From: Octopus sinensis
Lineage: Eukaryota
Direction: 5' to 3'
Length of the DNA: 64,000 bases
NCBI RefSeq assembly: GCF_006345805.1
Contig: NC_043001.1
Coordinates: 1,054,001 to 1,118,000, forward strand
Below are positions 39,604-53,329 of the stretch, in pieces. The notes under the pieces were generated by a model. That model was given only the letters and a program-made list of their open reading frames with translations. It was not told the origin of the DNA and made no database searches. Position 1 is the stretch's first letter; the number at the start of each line of letters is the position of its first letter. Both the position numbers and the translations under genes were made by a program.

Positions 39604-40564
39604 TAAAAAAATTGAGTGAATATAGCAATATAATCCAATAAAATATAACCTGTGAAAAGTCATAAAGTTTAAACCATGCCAGAGTGGGAGAGAGTGGGAA
39701 GAGAGAGGGAGGAGAGTGGGAGGAGAGAGCCTGAGAAATATAAACAACAATGTTAGTCTTTTATTTAATTCACTTGCTAAAATATCTGAGCTGGAAATAT
39801 TGTAAAGTTATAAATCCCTTGAACTTTTATTTTCATTACTCATTAGTCAACAAAACAGCTACCCATAACATAATGCCATTTTCCATTGCAAAAAGTTCAG
39901 ACACATTTTCAGAAAGAAAATCAAAATCAAAAAATTGAAGGACAAAAAACACACACAAAAATTTAATTGATATTTGTATATTTAATGATTAATGACATTA
40001 GGAAAATATTGTTCACGTTTATAGTTTTTATTCTTCTATATAGTTTACGATTGTTTGTCAAGTAAATTGTTTCATTTCTCAGGTCTCGTAGCTAAAATAT
40101 GTTATCACACAACACAATGTTTCATCTTCATACTAAGAGAGGTAGAAAAAAGAAGTCGTTTGTCAAAAGACACACCTCAATGCTGGCTTCCAGATATTAA
40201 ATTAAAATCCGGCCTTGTTTACTTTTAACTATTTTTACAAAATAATGTCAACGTCAATACTAATTGCTTCTTATTATTTGAGCTGTACATTGGAGTATGC
40301 ATGGTTACAATTTTACTTGGCTTGACCAGTCTTTTCAAGCACAGCAAATTGGCCAAAGGCCTTGATCCCTTGTCGTTCCCCTGAGGAGATGCTGAAGCAC
40401 TATTTCAAGGGCTTAGTCAGTTATGTTGGCCCCAGTACTAATTTCAACTAGGACCCTATTTTTCAATCTGTTTGTTGAACTGCTAAATTAGGGAGCATAA
40501 AGGGATGTGACATAAACAGTAACACTGATGTAAACATAAGCAGATAGAAAGATATACATGCACC

Positions 40565-40600
<36 letters not shown>

Positions 40601-41305
40601 CACACACATAGCCATACAGTTTGTATTCTTGGATGGTGATACTGGGTTCTGATTCACTCAACTCTTGGCGGCCCAGTCCATGTAGCTGTAAAACAGGTTT
40701 CGTATTGCAATACACTTTATTACTAAGACAATATGAGCTTTGTATTATTAGCTTGTATTGCTCCCATGAAATATTTTAACAGGATTAACAAGCAAGATGC
40801 TTCTCCACTAGTGTCATCATTGGAGCCCCATGGCACTGCCACCACCAACACCACACACCATAAACAAGAGGGATTAAAAAGGATATGGAAATGATACTTC
40901 CATACACCTTTCCCTTTTTTTCTACCACATGACTTCATAAATGAACAATCTGGTGTGTTTATTTTGATGGCCCACCAATGTATACAGTGAGTTTCTTTGC
41001 CCTAGGTGTCGGGAAGACACTTGGCAAGAAATGAAAACAAAATTGAATGAAGAGGACGTTGATAATAATGATTTCAATTTTTGGCACAAGGCCAGCAATT
41101 TCGGGGAGAGGAGATAAATCGATTACACTGACCCTAATGTTCAACTAATACTTAATTCACAGACCTTGGAAGGATGAAAGGCAAAGCTGACCCCAGTGGA
41201 ATTTGAACTCAGAACGTAAAGTCAGAAAGAAATGCAGCTAATTGTTTATCCCAGCTTGCTGCCTTAATAATAATAACAATAACAACAACAACAATAATAA
41301 TAATA

Positions 41306-41627
41306 GGATGATTTAAAGTGGGAAATACAAATGAAAGTTGTGGCCAATGAGGAGAGTAGACATGGTACTAATAGTAATTGGTGCAGTTGGAAGTATCAGC
41401 ACTCAACTACCAACATGGCTGAAAAAGATTGATACAAGTGTGAAGGTAGAACACCTACAAAAATCAGCCTTGCTTGGAACTGCAAGAATTCTTTGCAGGG
41501 TTCTTGAAGCTTGACCAGAAAACAATTGTTACCTTAGTCTGCTGGCTGTGGACAGCTGACACTTTCCATCATTCCAAGCAAAATAAGTTGTGAGATTTCA
41601 TCACATGATAACAATAATAATAATAAT
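41306..41627 (+). mobile_element. Dong/R4 3' end, same subfamily as 39243-39603, between (TAA)n tracts
   Basis: HLQKSALLGTARILCRVLEA*; shared 3'UTR CCTTAGTCTGCTGGCTGTGGACAGCTGACAC. Confidence 0.85.
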
Positions 41628-43984
41628 ACTTTTGTGCTGTATGAACAAAGCTTGAAATTTTGTGGAAGGGGGCTAGTTGATTACATCAATCCCAGAGCAT
41701 AACTGGTACTTATTTTATTGACCCAGAAAGGATAAGGGGCAAAGTAGACCTTGGCAGAATTTGAACTCAGGATGTAAAGAAGGACAAAATGCCACTAAGC
41801 ATTTTTTTTCCAGTGCATTAATGATTTTGCCAGCTTGCTACCTTTCTAATAATAATAATAATAATAATAATAATGATAATAATAAGTGAGGAAATGTTCA
41901 GTAGTAATGCATAGAAATATTTTAACAGATCTGGCAACACCTTCAGAGAGATTTAACCAATAATGTTATTGAACCTTATAAAGCAAGAATTTTGTTTTCA
42001 TCTCGTTTTGTTTCTGATAAAATTGATAATTAAACCTAACAACATTACAGCTTGAATTATTCTCAAATATTTCTGATACTTTCACATGAAATAATCAAAC
42101 ACTGTTTTATTGATGTTGCACACCCTATTTATTGTTTTGTTTTATTGGGTAATTGTTGAAGATAAACAAATGCCGGACAAGAATAAACTGTATTTGATTA
42201 ACTGCAGGTTCCATGTGAATGTGAAAGAGAGAAAAGAGTTGTTTAAAGAGATATAATGGTTAGATATCAAAGACCGGGATTACAACAGTTGACACAAAAG
42301 AGACAAGGCTAGAGAGTTATAACAGATTAACCTGGTGTCACCCTGTTTCTCATGAATCAATGTTGCCCTTGTGGGCGAGTTCCTTTTTAAAATAATCAAG
42401 AATATGGAGGAATTTGGTAAAGTAACTAATGTTGTCCTTATTAAGCTGGCGTTTGTTGCATCACAAATTATCCGTACATAATATTACTATGGAAGGCTTT
42501 AATTTAAATATTAACTCTTTCGACTGGATGGTTTGTATGAGAGAAACTGAAGGGGTCTCAGGTGGCTGGAATTAAATGTGTTAAAGGAGATTCATGAATA
42601 AGATAGATTTAGAGTAATGAGGGATTGTCATTGATAAGGATGTGAATGATGACAAAAGGACTCTGACCAACCAGTTGACTGGTTGGTCAAAACAATTCAA
42701 TGAGGAGATTAGGTAAATTGTTAATTAATAAGAATTAAAAGAAACAAAACCAAATCAATATGGGTTTCTAATTGGCAAAAATGATTGCCCCAAGATACAA
42801 CTACATTTGTTTCAACACATTATTTCACTTTGAGAATTTTACAAACTAAATACAAAAATGAAATATCACAAATCATTAACAGGAAAAAAAACTGAAAAGT
42901 TTAATATTTGGCAGAGCTAAATTCAGTTTTTCAGATGAGAAGTTTTTCAATTTAATGCTTGCTTCTCCTCATAGGGTGGCTTCCATATTCCTTTGATCTT
43001 TTCTACAAGATTATTTTATCATCTATTTTTGCAAGATTCCCTCACAAAAAGAAGTTATACAAAAAAACAGCCATGGGAACACATTCCTTGAAAACTAGAT
43101 GTTTGCAACAAGACTACAGTGAGACTAAGGTGACAAGATATAAAGTGACAATGTTTAATTAATAGATGAATATCTTATTGACTCAGGTGATAGACACCTT
43201 TTTAATAACCTGGTAAAGGGCTGGGATCAGGGTAAACTGCATCCAGAACATTCTGTTGAGTGGTTGGGGTCAGGAAAAGTTATCCAGTTGTAGAAACGAA
43301 AACTGAGGTGATCAAGTGAGATCTGGTCCTCTGACCTGGCGAGAAAAGCTGTGAATCTGAATAAAATGTGTCCAACTGAAGACAGCTTTGGAAACAGATA
43401 TGAAACGATGATGAATGAATGGAAAGTTTCAAGCTTGGATCTTAAGGACATTGTTAGAAGATGCAGAAATAGTCATGTGGTCACTTCACAACCATTTGAT
43501 CCTGGTGTTTGTGTTTGACACTTTGGGCAGTGGTCTTCTGACAAACATTTGCGGTTCTCTAAAGGTTTGTAACAGAAATTTGGAAGAGGGAAACTGTGTA
43601 GAAGCCCAATGGGTATATGTGGGAGTATGTGTGTGTATGTATACATACGGATACTAATATACATGTATTTGTCTGTTTGTCTATCTGTCTATCTGTCGGA
43701 CTGTCTGTCCATCTGTCTATCTATCTATCCGTCCCTATATGTGTGTGTGTGTGTGTGTGTGTAAAGTAAGATTCTATTGTGTTTAGAAAAAGATTTTTGC
43801 AAACACAAAGCTCTGCAAGCACAGCTGAGCAGTTCCAGCTCAGTGCCACTGGGTGAGCCTGCTGGGTAACACTTTGAGCAAACAGAAACTGCAGGGAAGC
43901 ACTGTGTATGTGTGTGTGCATGTGTATATATATATATATATATATGTGTGTGTGGAAGGCATTTAAGTCAATAAAAGATGTGCT

Positions 43985-44420
43985 AAAGAAATGCTAGACA
44001 ATACACTAGATGCCAGACTCCTCAATAATACCATTCTCCCTGCATTCTTATATGCTTGTGAGACGTGGACTACTATGGAGAAGGTAGGACATTGATTGGT
44101 TAAGATGTAAAGGGTTATGGAAAGATCCATGCTAAGAATAATATTATGAGAGCATGTTCAAAAGGAAACAATTTGAGAATGAAGTGAATGATGTGATTTC
44201 AGAATACCGAAAGCAGGAATTCCACTGAGGATCACAGACAACAGGTGGAGCTGTGGAGCCTCCCCATGGTATCCAAGAGTTTGGAAAGGCCACTTGGAAG
44301 GCCTCCATGACAATGAGATGATCTAGTCAAGCAATTTAGGTCAAGATGGATAAGAATGGCACAATAAAAACAAAATTGGAAGGGCACTGTGATCAGCTGT
44401 GTACAGTAGCATCTGATGGT
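43985..44420 (+). mobile_element. Decayed RTE LINE 3' fragment
   Basis: LLNNTILPAFLYACETWTT..RVMERSML; RPLGRPP. Confidence 0.7.
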
Positions 44421-44471
44421 CTGGTTGATACTGTGATGTATGTATATACAGCGTGCATACATTCATTCACT

Positions 44472-44522
<51 letters not shown>

Positions 44523-44679
44523 TCACACACACATTTACACATGCATGTATTTATGAATGTGTTTGTGTTTCTTGGCTTTCAAATTGAATGTGCCTTATTT
44601 GAAAACCAGGTAAGGGTTAGCAACAAGAAAATCCTCCGACTGTAAAACAATAACTCTACAAAAGAATTTCTGTCTAACC

Positions 44680-44836
44680 CAGGGGTTCCCAAACTTTTTA
44701 GACCATCGACACCATCATGGAATCCTTGATGTCTCATTGTCCCCCAGGCATATACAAGAAAATAAATAAATAATAATAAGTATATTTGCATTTATCAACC
44801 TCCAGGGGTTAATATCAACCACTTTGGAGACCCTTG
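44680..44836. mobile_element. hAT (Charlie-like) MITE inserted into an RTE-tail repeat
   Basis: TIRs CAGGGGTTCCCAAACT / ACTTTGGAGACCCTTG; imperfect 8-bp TSD GTCTAACC / TTCTAATC. Confidence 0.75.
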
Positions 44837-45950
44837 TTCTAATCCATGCCAACATGGGAGAACAACAAATAAAGAAATGAATATGTGCAAGGACTGGTTG
44901 AATAAGAATTGACAAGTGAACTGAGAATAGGTTGTGGAATTTCCTCAGACTCTCCATAATCAACAACTGGAAATGGGAAGTTCAGCGAAAGTTGGTTGAG
45001 ATGTTCTGGGAAAGAGTTGGAACTTTGAAATAGAATAATCAAAGAAGAGCAACAGACTGAATAGCGGACGTGATCAACAATGACCACACGACTCAATGAA
45101 AATGGCTTCACCAGGTCATTTAACCGGCTCAAAATAGTTAAGAAAAAGGGAAAGTCTCTACTTGGTCATTCTGCTTGCTAAAAATAGCAACCAAATCTGC
45201 TTGCATCACATTCCACAATCTTAAAGAATGAAGGGGACATTGGCCAATGGTTACTAGATATGCATCAGTATAGCTGTGGTGGTGGTGGCTGTGGTGGTAT
45301 GCAGTAATGATGATAACAGTATTATGGGAGTAGTGGTGGGAGGAAGGATTTGACTTCAAGTCATTTCTAAGTAGATAGCTGTCTGAAGACATTCTAACCA
45401 TGACTATCTCTATTTAATTTTGTATATCTTGGTCAACATTGTCCAAAAAGTGTTTTTGCATTTTAGATTATAAGGTGTGATTTGAGGAAGATTAAGTTAC
45501 TTCTTTTAGGAGGCTGATTGACTCCCTCATTGGTTCAGACAGTAGTAGTAGTAGTGGTAACAATGGCAAGGCAGTAGTAATAATGGTATCTACAGTAATA
45601 ATGATGATGGTGGTGATGATAGAGAGGTGAAGTAAGTGAGGGAGTCAGAGAAACTTGTCAAAAGAAGACGAGAAATAAATTAGAAAAATAAAGCTTAAAA
45701 TATAGAATGGATTTCATTAAGAAAGAGCTGATGTGGTCATCGTTGCCATTGGTCGAGATTAGACCATTTATTCCAGTCTATTAAAGTGGTTCTTCTATTC
45801 CAACAGGTTCTGTTAATACAGCATAGTCTTTCACAAACAAACAAAAGAGAGAAAGAAAGAGGGAAAAAAAAAGAAAAAATGAAATGTGGCATAGAGAGTT
45901 CTAGTGAGAATAACATTTTTTTCAGTAGGAGCTGAAATGAAGAGGGGGTT

Positions 45951-45991
<41 letters not shown>

Positions 45992-47129
45992 AAGGGTTAG
46001 TTTTGATCAGTTTTCAGTGAATGGAGAGAGAGGGAAAGAGAGAGGTAGACAGAAATGGAAATGAGAGAAAGGTTTGAGAGCTGGAGAGTTGTTGAGAGAC
46101 AGAGAAGGTGAACTAGGAAAAGAGAGGTTGAGGGAGAGAGATGGAAAGGAAGAGAGCGAGAGAGGTAGAGAGAGAGGTAGAGAGGAAGGTTGTTTCCTTT
46201 GCTTTCAATGTTAATGAAAGTGTGAAAGTTAAATGTTAAGTTGGAAATCTCGATTTCAATTTAGCGAGAGAATTAATTCTGTGTCAGATGTCACAGCATC
46301 AACACGAATACTAATGTTTGGTTCAATTTTAGAAAATTAGGCACAACCAAGGAATTTTCTGTCTGAAAACTAATGCGCCTCACATTCACCTGGAGGAGCT
46401 GGGTGGGTGGCTTTTAAATTTATCTATTTGATTTTATTCATTTATTTGTTGTTACTACTATTTATTATTGTTATTATCATCATTAGCATCATTATTACTG
46501 TTGTTATTATTATTTCAGTCGGGGGTGGGGGTGGTGGACAGGATGATAAAATATCGGAAAACTATTCGTCTTTCTTTCACCTTTTTTTTTTTAAATTACT
46601 TTCCTACAACAAAAACATTGTTAAACTTTTATTTCTAAGAATTTCGCTGTTATTTGCTCAGCAGCAGCACACAAGTGGGTTCTTTTACATTATTATAAAG
46701 TATTTGAAGAGAATTGCTCTCATTTCTTCTCCTCCAAGAATTTAATTTACTGTTGACTCGTGTAAGATATTGAAGGAATTAACTGCAATTGAAGATGGTT
46801 TTCTAAGTAAGTAAAATTCAGGATGCAGAGAGGGAGGGAAACAAAGTTTATGTTGCAGCTAAATATATTCTGAAGATCCATATTTTGATGCTTGACCAAT
46901 CAGCAAAAAAATGTTGAACACTCTATTGATCAACATCACCAGTGTTATGATGACAGCGATGATGATGATGATACTAATAATTTAGGGGACATGAAAAACT
47001 ACAGTTGGTAAACATAAATTCCTTTTCTGACACTGTGTATGTGTATATGTGTGCTTTATACACACACACACACACACTTACACACACATACATTCACACA
47101 ACTATGTGTGTGTGTGTGTGTATATATAT

Positions 47130-47295
47130 GTGGTTTTTTGATTTGGTTTGCAAGATTCTTTATGTGAGTTCATATGTTGAAGCATATTCTGTTGCGTTGA
47201 AAACTTTAGGAAAAATAAAATAGTAAATGAATGGAAACTTTACTGGTGAGTGTATTAAATAACAAGGCACTTAAAGAAAATGACTGTGTCCGATA
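47130..47295. repeat. Rearranged member of the 53330 fold-back family
   Basis: GATTTGGTTTGCAAGATTCTTTATGTGAGTTC..GAAGCATATTCTGTTG joined to the inverted part (TTTAGGAAAAAT..GGAAACTTTACTGGTGAG). Confidence 0.75.
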
Positions 47296-47369
47296 TGTAG
47301 TTTACTAATGGATGGAAAAGCAACCAAACAGGCAGGAAGAACTCATACATTATAAGGGAATTCTGTCTA

Positions 47370-48100
47370 GTTTTGAACCAAAATTGTTGAAGAAGATTTA
47401 ATTAAAATCTCTTTCTATCTGATGTGATGACCACACAAGGGATGTACCACTTTCACTTTCAAAATATTCTTGAAGGGACACATTCATCATGTTGTATTTT
47501 ATGAGTTTTATAAAGGAGTGAAGCCAAGTGCGGCCATAATAAGGTGCAATGGGATAAGTGAGGGCAAGTAGGGAGTTTAGTGTAAAGGATGAGCAAAAGG
47601 AAGGTCAAGCAAGAGTAGTTGATTGGGAGACAGTGGTCGGAGTTGTTGCGGCAACACTCCAGCATTACAGTTAAGGATCTTAGGGGACAATTCAATGTTA
47701 GCAATATGACTGTGTTTACAAAGACACTTGGAAAAGTGTCAAAAGTTGCCAAAAATGAGTCACTCTGTGCAGAGAATCACCAATAACAAATCGATTCCTG
47801 TGAAGCATTGCATCAACTTTATCCCCACATGAGGTTCTTTTAGGTGGGGGAGTGAGAATGTTAAATGCCATCATCAGTGATTCGGTTGTGGTGACAGATG
47901 TACCCGAAAGCTGTGGTGGGTGGGTGGGTTCTGGTATTTAAAGAAGATCATGCTGCGTGTGTGATGTTATGAGCTGATGCAGTGGGTGGGGTGGGGGAAT
48001 GAAGGGGATGCCTGTAGGGATCCTTCCTTCTTTGCTGGAAACAAGTGTCAAGTTGAAGAGCAAAGATTTCACTGTTGTATGTTGGAATATGCAAAGAATT
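47370..48100 (-). mobile_element. Highly decayed CR1/L2-group LINE fragment
   Basis: Weak resemblance to the CR1-type C-terminal region also seen at 63700-64000. Confidence 0.35.
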
Positions 48101-48199
48101 ATCCATTATGTTTCAATAATAGTTAATCAGCCATAACTGAGGTCTTCTTTTGACTCTTCTGATATTTAGGAAAAAAAAATTTTAGACTAAAATCAACAA

Positions 48200-48587
48200 A
48201 AATGCTGAAGAAGATTTTTTTGTTCAGAACATCTCAGACCACACAGGGAACTAAGGGTGTCCCAGAGGAACATGGTTGGGAAAAATTCTTCATCCACTAC
48301 ATTCTTCCAAGCTTGTTACTTCTAGACATCACTTATTTAAGTGTTTAGAAAATCATTCTGATCGACTTAGATGTTATTTCAAGAGGTCAAAAATGTGCTT
48401 ATCTCTTATCTTGGGTCAAAACGTGAGGAATCTTATAAACTTTGCGACCTCAAATTTGCAGATGATGAAACACCGTTACCAAAATCAATCAAGAATCTAT
48501 CCTAATGATTAAACACATCTGCAATCATTGTTAGGTTTTCCTAAATTCATTTCAAAATTGGACAAAACTTTTGTTACAACCTGATAT
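48200..48587 (+). mobile_element. Decayed mariner (DD34D-type) 3' fragment
   Basis: ILHPLHSSKLVTSRHHLFKCLENH resembles LPHPPYSPDLAPSDYHLFRSLQNH; mariner-like end AAAACTTTTGTTACAACCTGATA. Confidence 0.65.
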
Positions 48588-48850
48588 AACTTTGCAAGTT
48601 GACGTACTACTTAACCCACATCATTCCAAGTGTCTTTTGGTAAATATTCTACGGAACCTTTAGCTACGTATTGTTGTTTGTTTGTTGCACAAAAGTTGTT
48701 TGTGAAACTGTTTGTTGTTGTGTATTTGTAAATTATTTTGCCTCATAACAATTATCTTCATCATCGACAAAAACATTGACTTTTGCTTGAAATCTCATAG
48801 CAATCTGTTAATGGATAACTAACTTCACTGCTAATGTAATAGCAGGATGC

Positions 48851-48947
48851 AATAATAATAATAATAATAATAATGATAATAATAGTAACAACAACAATAA
48901 TTATAATAATAGTAACAACAACAACAACAACAATAATAATGATGATG

Positions 48948-49005
<58 letters not shown>

Positions 49006-49021
49006 TAATAATAATAATAAT
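48851..49021. repeat. (TAA)n/(CAA)n microsatellite
   Basis: Direct inspection. Confidence 0.95.
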
Positions 49022-50602
49022 ACATCTCCTCAACATATCACTCTCCCAAATGGAGTGACAATCAGTTTCTCTCAGAGCAATACACTTTATACGCTCTTTA
49101 ACCTCAGTATACTTCATCCATACTTTGTGTGTGTGTATGTATATATATGTATATATATAAACACAAACACTCACATACATATCCACACACACACACATAT
49201 ATATGTATATATGAACATATGTATATACACTGAGGCACATCCACTCACCCCACCAATGTCCTACACCTGTGACATGATGGCATTACAATTCCATTCCAAG
49301 ACACAGATTCACACTCACTCACTTTACCGTTCATTCACTTAATCACACATTTACGAATTAGAATCCAGGCACCACTAAAGCAGATTAATGGTCGGCACCA
49401 AACAGATCCTCTTCAGCTGTCGTCTCACCAACAAAATTACAAAATCCTGTTTCTATACGGAAAATTAAATTCAACAAAATAAGAAGGATAAAACAAAAAC
49501 AATAGGAAAAACTTTTTCTCAACCTACACAGTATGTGACAACAACAACAACAGTTCTGTTTAACAAGTTGTAAGAACCTTGCTTGTTTCATTCACCATTC
49601 CCCCCATGCCCTCAACTAGAGAAAACACAATGCTGAGAGGTAATGTTTATCCCAACTTAAACATTGATGTTCTGTTAGAACAAATTATTCTGCAGTAGTT
49701 ACCCCGAGAGAATCTCTCATATTGGCTTTTTGGTGCAGAATGCACTCTTGTTTATTAATGCCTACATCAGTCAGGGCTTCTTCCAGTTTCTGTGATTCTT
49801 AAACCACAAATAGTTACAAATTCTGCAGGAGAACAGGACACCACACATCCTGTAACATTCATACACAGCATAACTTGGTCATCTACATGGATGCTCAATC
49901 TACAAGAAATAGCAGCTAAATCTACTTTAAATCACACACCCTTCTATCATTAAAAAAAAGAAAAAGGTCACTATAGATGTCATCTTGCATACACAAATAA
50001 TACATGAATAAAAGATGTGATGGTCACAGAATGCCTGATAATTGATGTGATGGTGACTTAGAATTAAATAACAACAAAATAATTTTACAGCGGAAAGATT
50101 ACTTTTCTCCAAGAGGAATATGATTGATGTTGTTAAATTTCTTTATATACTTCCTTCCCAACCAAACAACCCAAACCCCAAACAACCCAAAAACTGAAGA
50201 CCCCCCACCTGCACTCATCCCATAACAATTTTCTAAATTCAGCATCATTTCCATCCAATTCAGATGTACTCAAACATAAAAAATATAAAACACAAAATCC
50301 TAAGTTTACCTTTACTAAAGTATTTATCCCACAAAGTGTTGTGTTAATTATAAACAGCTACAAGCTGCTGTTCTCTCAAAAAAGGTGAATGTCTGACCTT
50401 TGAAGAACTGGTTAAAATGTTGAAATTACTCAGGCCAAAATTATTTTCTTGGCCTCAGAGAGAAAAACATTCAGTTCCACCTGTCTATTTTTCACAGCTA
50501 GTTTAAAGATGCATCTTTAATGAAAATACTCAACCATAAGGCTACCTTATATTTATATTTATGATTATTAAAAAGAGGCTGTGTTGTGTTGCTATTAATT
50601 CA

Positions 50603-51170
50603 TAAGCCAAGTGAGACCATAACCTAGTGGCCTATACCAGGGGTGTAACAGCCCACTTATGCATACCTTTCCTTCATTGGACACTAATCTCTGCTTGCAA
50701 AGACCTGTTGAGGCAAATGAGATCGAAATCAAATTCAATGACTGGCTAGTGGAGTGCTAAGAGCACAATCCTAGCATGATCGTTGCCAGAGCAGCTAACT
50801 GGCTTCCATGCCGGTGGCACGTTAAAAGCACCATTCAAGCGTGATCGTTACCAGCGTCAGCTTACTGGCACTTTGCCGGTGGTACATGAAAAAAACATTT
50901 GAGCAAGGTCATTGCCAGTACCGCTGGACTGGCTCCTGTTGCAGGTGGCACGTAAAAAACACCATTTGAGCATGGCTGTTGCTAGTACTACCAGACTGGC
51001 CCTCGTGCCAATGGCACGTAAAGCACCCACTACACTCTAGGAGTGGTTTGTGTTAGGAAGGGCATCCAGCTGTCGAAATTCTGCCAGATCAGATTGGAGC
51101 CTGGCACAGCCATCTGGTTCGCCAGTCCTCAGTCAAATCGTGCTAGCATGGAAAGTGGACGTTAAATGAT
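50603..51170 (+). mobile_element. RTE-LINE 3'UTR copy with ~65-bp tandem units
   Basis: Collinear with 12097-12654. Confidence 0.85.
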
Positions 51171-51389
51171 ACCCTGTTTGAACATAAAGCCTGTAGAATA
51201 TTTGGGCCTGGATGGTTTAAATGCTAAAAGGGTTGAAGAATCTTTTGTTATCTCAGTCAAAGAAAAAGAGTTTTTAAGTTAACCTTTTAAAATATTATCT
51301 TTTAACAGTTTTAGCTATTTTACTAAATCCCTCCCATTCGTTAGTTTAAAACATCAAATTAATAATTATAGAGATGTTAGGTTTTTTTA

Positions 51390-51840
51390 TCTTTTACTTG
51401 TTTCAGTCATCATGCTATGGCCATGCTGGGGCACCACCTTGAAGGATTTTTAGTTGAATGAATTGACTCCAGGACTTTTTGTGTCTTAAGTCCGGTACTT
51501 ATTCTATTGGTATCTTAGGCTGAAGCACTAAGTTATGGGGATGTAAACACACCAACACTGGTTATCAAACAGTTGTGGGGAGAACAAACACAAACACACA
51601 CACACACAAACATGTACACACACAGACAAACACACACACACACATACACACACAAACAACACAGACACACACATACATACACAAACACACGTCTGGCTTT
51701 TTTCAGTTTCCATCTACGACTCACAAAGCTTTCGTCAGTCTGAGGGTCTGGTAGAAGACATTTGACCCAGGTGCCACACAGTACGACAGAGCTTGTGGGT
51801 GGGAAGCAAGCTTCTTACCACACAACCATGTCTGCACCTA
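51390..51840 (-). mobile_element. Full-length tRNA-derived CORE-like SINE
   Basis: Collinear with 11424-11900. Confidence 0.85.
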
Positions 51841-52788
51841 CCTCTGTTGTCAATTGACTTGTTAGAAATAGCAGCCTAATCTCCTTCATTTCAAACCCAT
51901 CCTTAAAATGAGACTCATTGGAAAGTATAGATACATGGTGTTTGAATAAAAGGTGAGAGGGTCATGGTTAGGACTACCCTATGCCCTAGTTCTTCCTTCT
52001 CAAAGCTGACCACATAAATTCTAAACAATAATATACTGAAGGGTCCCCATCTGGAGACACAAAACAACAACAACAACAACAACAACAAAAGAACTGATTT
52101 AAGCATTGTCTTTATGGCTTTCTTAATGTGAAGTCAAGTGAAACACTCTGGGAGTCTTTTTGTAGTTATTTCATCTGCTTGAAAGAGCAATCAAATTCTT
52201 TCAAATCACAACCCACTATCTTTATAAAAGAAGGACACACGGACCAATGTAAGCCTTAGATGTACCAAAGACAAAGACGCCATGGATGGAACTCGTTCAT
52301 ATGCCTGTTGGATCCTAAAGTGACCTGGGGGTCAAACAATAACAACTGCAACAACAACAAGCAACCACCATTTATCACAGCTACTTTCATAACAGAATTT
52401 AGAAAATGGATTCCGCTACACACCATCACCACCACCATCACCATCACCAGCATCAACATTAGCAGCAGTGCCACCGCTGCCACCAACGCCACCATCATTG
52501 TTTAACTAAGTGACGCTGATCTCATTTACAAAATGTGTCTACCTATTTTATATCGCTTATCAGTTAATCTCTCAAGCGTTTTCCTATCTAAATGTTGCAT
52601 TAGTCTTTAATGAAGCAAGGTGTTTGGAAACATTATTCTGGTCAAAGTCAGCTCAGTTGAATCTTCAATTCTAGAACTTTTGAACTAATGCTTAATAACA
52701 TTGAACTTTATAAACTTCTTTAAAACATCACATGGAAACATTTTGGTGTGAGCAGTTTGTGGTCACACAGAGGCAAGGAAGAAAAACG

Positions 52789-52822
<34 letters not shown>

Positions 52823-53058
52823 GTGTTTGCATTTGTGAAACTCTGCATCTGTGTGTGCTAACTGAAAGCATATCATGGCAACAACTTGTTGTGTCTAACT
52901 CATGATTGCACATACTAAAGTGAAAATTAGGTGTGTGTTTGTGTGTACATGCCTTATGAAGTACTCTTTACAAGGAACTAGCTGCTACTTACAAACATAA
53001 TAGAAACTTATGTACATAAGACTATCAAATAAGATAAGTCCTACAATATTTTATATAT

Positions 53059-53297
53059 GTGGAGGCACATGGCCCAGTGGTTCGGGCAGTGGACTTGCTC
53101 TTGTAGGATCACGGTTCTGATTCCCAGAACGGGCGTTGTGAGTGTTCATTGAGTGAAAACACCTAAAGCTCCACAAGGCACTGGCAGGGGGTGGTGGTGG
53201 CAAACTGTGCTGCACTCTTTTACCACTGCTTTCTCGCACTCTTTATTCAACTGGAACCCTTGTCATTGTAACCGATGGTTACCGATGGTGTGCCACG
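53059..53297 (+). mobile_element. tRNA-derived SINE
   Basis: GGAGGCACATGGCCCAGTGGTT (A box)...GGTTCTGATTCC (B box). Confidence 0.7.
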
Positions 53298-53329
53298 TAA
53301 TTCTAAATATAGACAACAACATTAAATAT

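Noticed and set aside
39650-39730. 81-nt minus-strand exon candidate
   Set aside because: Low-complexity CT-rich content and a weak donor (GTTATA)
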